DNA from: Saprospiraceae bacterium
GTDB taxonomy: Bacteria > Bacteroidota > Bacteroidia > Chitinophagales > Saprospiraceae
Assembly (NCBI GenBank): GCA_044226205.1
Contig: JBGAHL010000016.1
Location: 8,208 to 72,207 of the forward strand
Length of the DNA stretch: 64,000 nt
Reading direction: 5' to 3'
Under the pieces are notes generated by a model, which did not search any database, had not been told where the DNA came from, and worked only from the letters and a program-made list of their open reading frames with translations. A program made the position numbers and the translations under genes. Positions 60,107 through 64,000 of this stretch are shown here, piece by piece. Position 1 is the stretch's first letter, and every line of letters starts with the position of its first letter.

Positions 60107-61615
60107 CTATTTGCCGAAGGCGTAATAATAAGTACCCGAACTGCCCGGGTACATCCCTTCGAGCATGATCCCGCCATTGGCTTTTTCGATGACAGAGGCG
60201 AGTTCTTCCGCGGTTCGCACCGCGATGTTGTTTACCCTGACCACGACAAAACCTTCGTGCATGTCGGTCTGATTGGCAATTTTGCCAGCGCCGAGACGGG
60301 CAACTTTTACGCCGCCGCTGATGCCCATACGCTCCGCTTCGCGGGCTCCGAGCGTCTCGAATTCGGCCCCGAGCGCGTTGAGCACCTGGTCCTGATCCTG
60401 TTTGGTGACGCGGTCGGTATTGCCGTCGCGATTTTTCAGGACCACGCTGATCGTGCGTTCATCGCCCTCGCGCAGCACGCTGAGGTTGAGTTTGTCGCCC
60501 GGCCGGTGCTTCCCGACGATTTCAAGCAGTTCGGGGGCCGCTTTGACGGCCTGCCCGTCCACGTGGGTGATGAGGTCGCCTTTGCGGATACCTGCTGCGC
60601 CGGCAGCGCTGTTGGCCACCAGGCTGTCGACCAGCACGCCCGGCGTGAAATTGCGGTGGCTGTTTTCGGCCAGTTCCTGGGTGTTGTCGCGGATGGTGAT
60701 ACCCAGATAACCGCGTTGTACCACGCCGAATTGCCGCAGGTCGTCGACCACTTTGGCGACCAGATTGGACGGTATGGCGAAAGCGTAGCCCGCGTACACA
60801 CCGGTGGGCGATGCGATGGCGGTGTTGATACCGATGAGTTCACCCTGCAAATTGACCAGGGCGCCGCCCGAGTTGCCGGGGTTGACGACGGCATCGGTCT
60901 GAATGAAACTTTCCACAGGTGCTTTGTCCTGTACGATGTGCAGGTCGCGGCCTTTGGCGCTCACGATGCCGGCCGTGACGGTGCCCGATAGGTTGAATGG
61001 ATTGCCAATGGCGACCACCCATTGCCCGATTTGCACGTCGTCAGAATTGCCGAAACGCATGAACGGCAGCCCTTCTGCATCAATTTTGACCACGGCAAGG
61101 TCGGTGGAAGGGTCTGTTCCGATCACTTTTGCCGTGTAACGCCGCTTGTCGTTCAGCGTCACGGTCAGTTCGTCGGCATCGCGCACCACGTGGTTGTTGG
61201 TGACAATGTATCCGTCTGCACTCAGGACAACGCCGCTTCCGGAGCCTTGGGCCTGCTCGTCGTCGCCCTGAGGGCTGTCGGGCATGGGCGATTGCGGGAG
61301 ATTGAAAAAATGGCGGAAAGGAGCCGGTAAATCCTGAAAGTCAAATTGTTGCATACCGCCGGCTTGCCGCCCGTTGCGGTGCATGGTCGCCTGAATATGC
61401 ACCACTTCAGGCAGGGCCGCCTGTGCCGCGCCGGTAAAATCGGCCACGACCGAAGGCCCTTGTCCTTCCGACCAACCAGTGTAATGGGCCGGCGCCGTAT
61501 CGAACGCACTTTGCGGTGCATGTTGCGTGTGCCAGCCCAAGAGTCCTGCGCCCAGCAAAGCCAGGCAGGCGCCTGCGAGCGCCGAGCCGCTCATCCAGAT
61601 AAACTGATTTTTCAT
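60107..61615 (-). CDS. Do/DegP/HtrA-family periplasmic serine protease with two PDZ domains
   Basis: Start taken at MKNQFIWMSGSALAGACLALLGAG (Met33). The catalytic triad contexts TNNHVV and GNSGGALVN are present. Two PDZ-like segments follow. Confidence 0.9.
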   Translation of the reverse strand: MKNQFIWMSGSALAGACLALLGAGLLGWHTQHAPQSAFDTAPAHYTGWSEGQGPSVVADFTGAAQAALPEVVHIQATMHRNGRQAGGMQQFDFQDLPAPFRHFFNLPQSPMPDSPQGDDEQAQGSGSGVVLSADGYIVTNNHVVRDADELTVTLNDKRRYTAKVIGTDPSTDLAVVKIDAEGLPFMRFGNSDDVQIGQWVVAIGNPFNLSGTVTAGIVSAKGRDLHIVQDKAPVESFIQTDAVVNPGNSGGALVNLQGELIGINTAIASPTGVYAGYAFAIPSNLVAKVVDDLRQFGVVQRGYLGITIRDNTQELAENSHRNFTPGVLVDSLVANSAAGAAGIRKGDLITHVDGQAVKAAPELLEIVGKHRPGDKLNLSVLREGDERTISVVLKNRDGNTDRVTKQDQDQVLNALGAEFETLGAREAERMGISGGVKVARLGAGKIANQTDMHEGFVVVRVNNIAVRTAEELASVIEKANGGIMLEGMYPGSSGTYYYAFGK

Positions 61616-61756
61616 GACAGTTACGCTTATTGTTGTGGTTATGGTTCTTGTCCACAAAAAAGCGCAAACCTGCCAGCCCATTTCAAGCGACTTTACGTTA
61701 AAACAGGCCAAAAAGAGGTTAAAGCGGGCAATTTTTAACCTGATTGTAAAAACCTG

Positions 61757-61980
61757 GATAGAGGGCGAAAGGTGGAGGGCAGAAGGTTTTTACGATTTTT
61801 TTAAAGGCCTAGCAGGGGCAGCGCCCCGAAAGATTTGTAGTAAATGGCGGAGAAAACAGGCCAGGAGGGGCAGCGCCCCGAAACATCTTTCGGGGCGCTG
61901 CCCCTCCTGAATGGATTTTGGTACTAAAAGACTACAAATATTACGGGGCGCTGCCCCTGCCAAAGTTTTTTACGATTTGT
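61757..61980. repeat. composite palindromic repeat cluster built on GCAGGGGCAGCGCCCC
   Basis: A perfect 21-bp-stem hairpin lies at 61863-61908 (aggaggggcagcgccccgaaa-catc-tttcggggcgctgcccctcct). It is bracketed by an outer inverted pair 61812-61841 / 61931-61960 and by direct tttttacgattt motifs at about 61788 and 61966. Confidence 0.75.
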
Positions 61981-61987
61981 CCAAATG

Positions 61988-64000
61988 TCAGCGCAACAAG
62001 GTCAGTTCGCCTTTGAACTGTTGCGTCCGGCCGTCGTAGTACACCACCTCCGCCGTCCAGAATAACACATCGGAGGGATAGTCGCGACCATTCACCTTGC
62101 CGTCCCACCCGGTGGAGGGGTTGTTCGGGTCGAGGTTGAACCCGCCGTACACCTCCGTACCCCAGCGCGACCAGACGTGCAAAGAGCGGATGCTGTACAC
62201 ACAGGGGTCGGTGAGGAGGTAAAAAGTGTCGTTGGTGCCGTCGCCGTCGGGGCTGAATGCCGTGGGCGCCCGAACCGCACACATGTCGCTGACAGTCAGT
62301 GTAATGGCATCGGTGGCGGTGCAGCCGTTGGCGTCGGTGGCCAGTACGTTGTAGGTGACGGTCTGGAGTGGCGCAGCGGTCGGGGTCGGGCAATCGTCGC
62401 AACTCAGGCCGCCGGGGGGCGTCCATTGGTACTGCAAGGAAGCACTGCCGGGCGACAAAACCGCGAGGGGGAGTTCCGCGCCGATTTTCAGGCTGGTGTC
62501 GGCCGGCAGTTGTACCTGAAGTGGCGGGAAAATGTTGATCATGGCCGTCAGTTCGAGATCGCAACCGTCGGCCGTCACGAAATCCAGTGTCAGGGTGGTA
62601 TCGGCGCCGGAGGGCAGGCTTTGCCCCAGGTATTCGAGCGGCGCGCCGATGCAGATCGTGGTGTCGAGCACGGCGTCGAGTATCTGCGGGCCGACGCGGA
62701 TGGTATCTGTGCTCAGGCAGCCATCGGCATTTTGCGCGGTGACCACGTAATTGACGACATTTTCCGGGTAAATTGCCACAAGGGGGCAGGTGTCGCAACT
62801 CAAAGACAGGTCGGGCGACCATTGCCAGGACTCAAAATTGTCGGGCAATTCGAAACTCGTACCGGCCAGTCGGCAAACCACCCGGTTGGGGCCCAGATCG
62901 AGTTGCGAGCCGTGATCTACCGTGATCTTGACCGTATCGCGCTGCGCATTGCCGCAGGCATCCCAAACGGTGACCCAGTAAACGCCGGGGTAAGAAGTGG
63001 TCAGGGTCTGATCGGCTGTGCCATCCTGCCAGCGATAGCGGGCGTAGCCCGCCCCGGCATCGAGTTTAAAGACGCCATTTTCGCATACTTTGATGTCGGG
63101 ACCCAGGTTGAGTGCGGGCGCTTCGTCGTCGCTTACCGTGATGTACAGGGTATCGGTTTTCAGGCCGCATTTGAACCATGCTTTTGCCACAAGCCGGTAC
63201 GTGCCCGTGTCCAGATATTGAACAAAATATTCCTCCACATTAAAAACGCCCCCTATGCCGCCGCTTTGCTCCCAGCGCACGCTGTCGGCGCCGGCGCAAA
63301 GGAGGGAGCCGAGGGTGTAAACGCTCTGGGCCGGCAGGCCGCAAAGGGAGTCGGCTCCCTGGATATGGATGGGCCGTTCGGCATTGAGCAGCCAGGGCGC
63401 GATGCAGGGCAATCCGTATCTCACCCGGCCTGTACCCAGGGTTTGGGCATTGGCCTGGTACTGGCAGGCGGCGCCGGCCTCGTTGGGGTAAAAAATTAAG
63501 TCGAGCGCATCGGCAGGCGCTCCCGCTCCCGTGGCGATGTACAATTTGCCGTTGGGCCCCATTTGTATGGCGCCAAAACGCGGCGTAGCGCTGCTGGCCA
63601 GCGTCACCCTCGATGCCTTGATGGCCTGGGCATCGTCTGAAATCAGGTCGAACTGATACAAACCGGTGGGGGTGGCCACGTAGAGGAAACGGTCGTTGGG
63701 AGAAAATTCGAGGGTGTAAGCTTCCGCGAGCTCAGCTTGCCGGATGGAAATGACGTCCGACAGGCCGCCCAGAATCGGGTCGAAATGAAGGAGGTCGAAG
63801 CCGCTGGAGTTGGGCAGGGCGTCGGCGAGCAGGGTGCCCGCATGGTTGAATTTCATTTGGGCAATGATATTGCTCCCTGAGGTGTTCTGATCCAGTTCGC
63901 CGATATCGATGGAAAAAGGCTGAACCCCGACACTGTTGTCGGGCAGGACCTGGGTGATCAGAAATTGTGCCGTGTTTTGCCTTTTACGCAACACCCATTT
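61988..64000 (-). CDS. large surface protein with a T9SS type-B (gliding-motility-associated, CHU_C) C-terminal domain; N-terminus lies beyond the window
   Basis: The C-terminus is APTAFSPDGDGTNDTFYL...GWDGKVNGRDYPSDVLFWTAEVVYYDGRTQQFKGELTLLR, typical of the type-B sorting domain. The ORF is open to the window end. Confidence 0.8.
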   Translation of the reverse strand, partial: KWVLRKRQNTAQFLITQVLPDNSVGVQPFSIDIGELDQNTSGSNIIAQMKFNHAGTLLADALPNSSGFDLLHFDPILGGLSDVISIRQAELAEAYTLEFSPNDRFLYVATPTGLYQFDLISDDAQAIKASRVTLASSATPRFGAIQMGPNGKLYIATGAGAPADALDLIFYPNEAGAACQYQANAQTLGTGRVRYGLPCIAPWLLNAERPIHIQGADSLCGLPAQSVYTLGSLLCAGADSVRWEQSGGIGGVFNVEEYFVQYLDTGTYRLVAKAWFKCGLKTDTLYITVSDDEAPALNLGPDIKVCENGVFKLDAGAGYARYRWQDGTADQTLTTSYPGVYWVTVWDACGNAQRDTVKITVDHGSQLDLGPNRVVCRLAGTSFELPDNFESWQWSPDLSLSCDTCPLVAIYPENVVNYVVTAQNADGCLSTDTIRVGPQILDAVLDTTICIGAPLEYLGQSLPSGADTTLTLDFVTADGCDLELTAMINIFPPLQVQLPADTSLKIGAELPLAVLSPGSASLQYQWTPPGGLSCDDCPTPTAAPLQTVTYNVLATDANGCTATDAITLTVSDMCAVRAPTAFSPDGDGTNDTFYLLTDPCVYSIRSLHVWSRWGTEVYGGFNLDPNNPSTGWDGKVNGRDYPSDVLFWTAEVVYYDGRTQQFKGELTLLR

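Overview
This is a high-GC segment (about 58-62% G+C from hand counts of a few lines) of a Bacteroidota chromosome. Four things support that assignment: many type IX secretion (T9SS) C-terminal sorting domains, a PorT-like gene, SprB repeats and TAnnTTTG promoter boxes. It looks Saprospiria/Chitinophagia-like, but I cannot place it further. Most of the window is ordinary core genome: nadE, ubiE, dnaG, rnz, a 3-hydroxyacyl-CoA dehydrogenase, GH3 bglX, dapB, lysS, priA, infC-rpmI-rplT, tRNA-Val(CAC), a TonB-dependent receptor, a class III adenylate cyclase, an HtrA protease and a LytS/LytTR two-component pair. About ten predicted T9SS cargo proteins are interleaved with these genes. The most unusual region is a sharply AT-rich block at about 48.8-56.7 kb. 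It carries two exported proteins of unknown function and a 2044-aa T9SS cargo gene that fuses an M23 (LytM-type) peptidase domain, about 7 SprB repeats, a 20-Cys module and SBBP-like propeller repeats. A G10 homopolymer tract sits inside the peptidase-coding part of that gene. I rate this block as the best candidate for an undescribed system: a possibly phase-variable, surface-displayed cell-wall hydrolase. No mobility gene is visible in it. Other notable items:
- a ~123-bp nested palindromic repeat inserted in-frame in nadE;
- an array of REP-like repeats next to an IS200-like Y1 transposase (RAYT-like) gene;
- a 205-bp MITE-like element;
- several families of modular intergenic hairpin repeats;
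- a five-heme cytochrome c carrying a T9SS sorting domain;
- three tandem LVIVD-repeat paralogs.
All calls come from reading the sequence and translations by eye; no searches were run.
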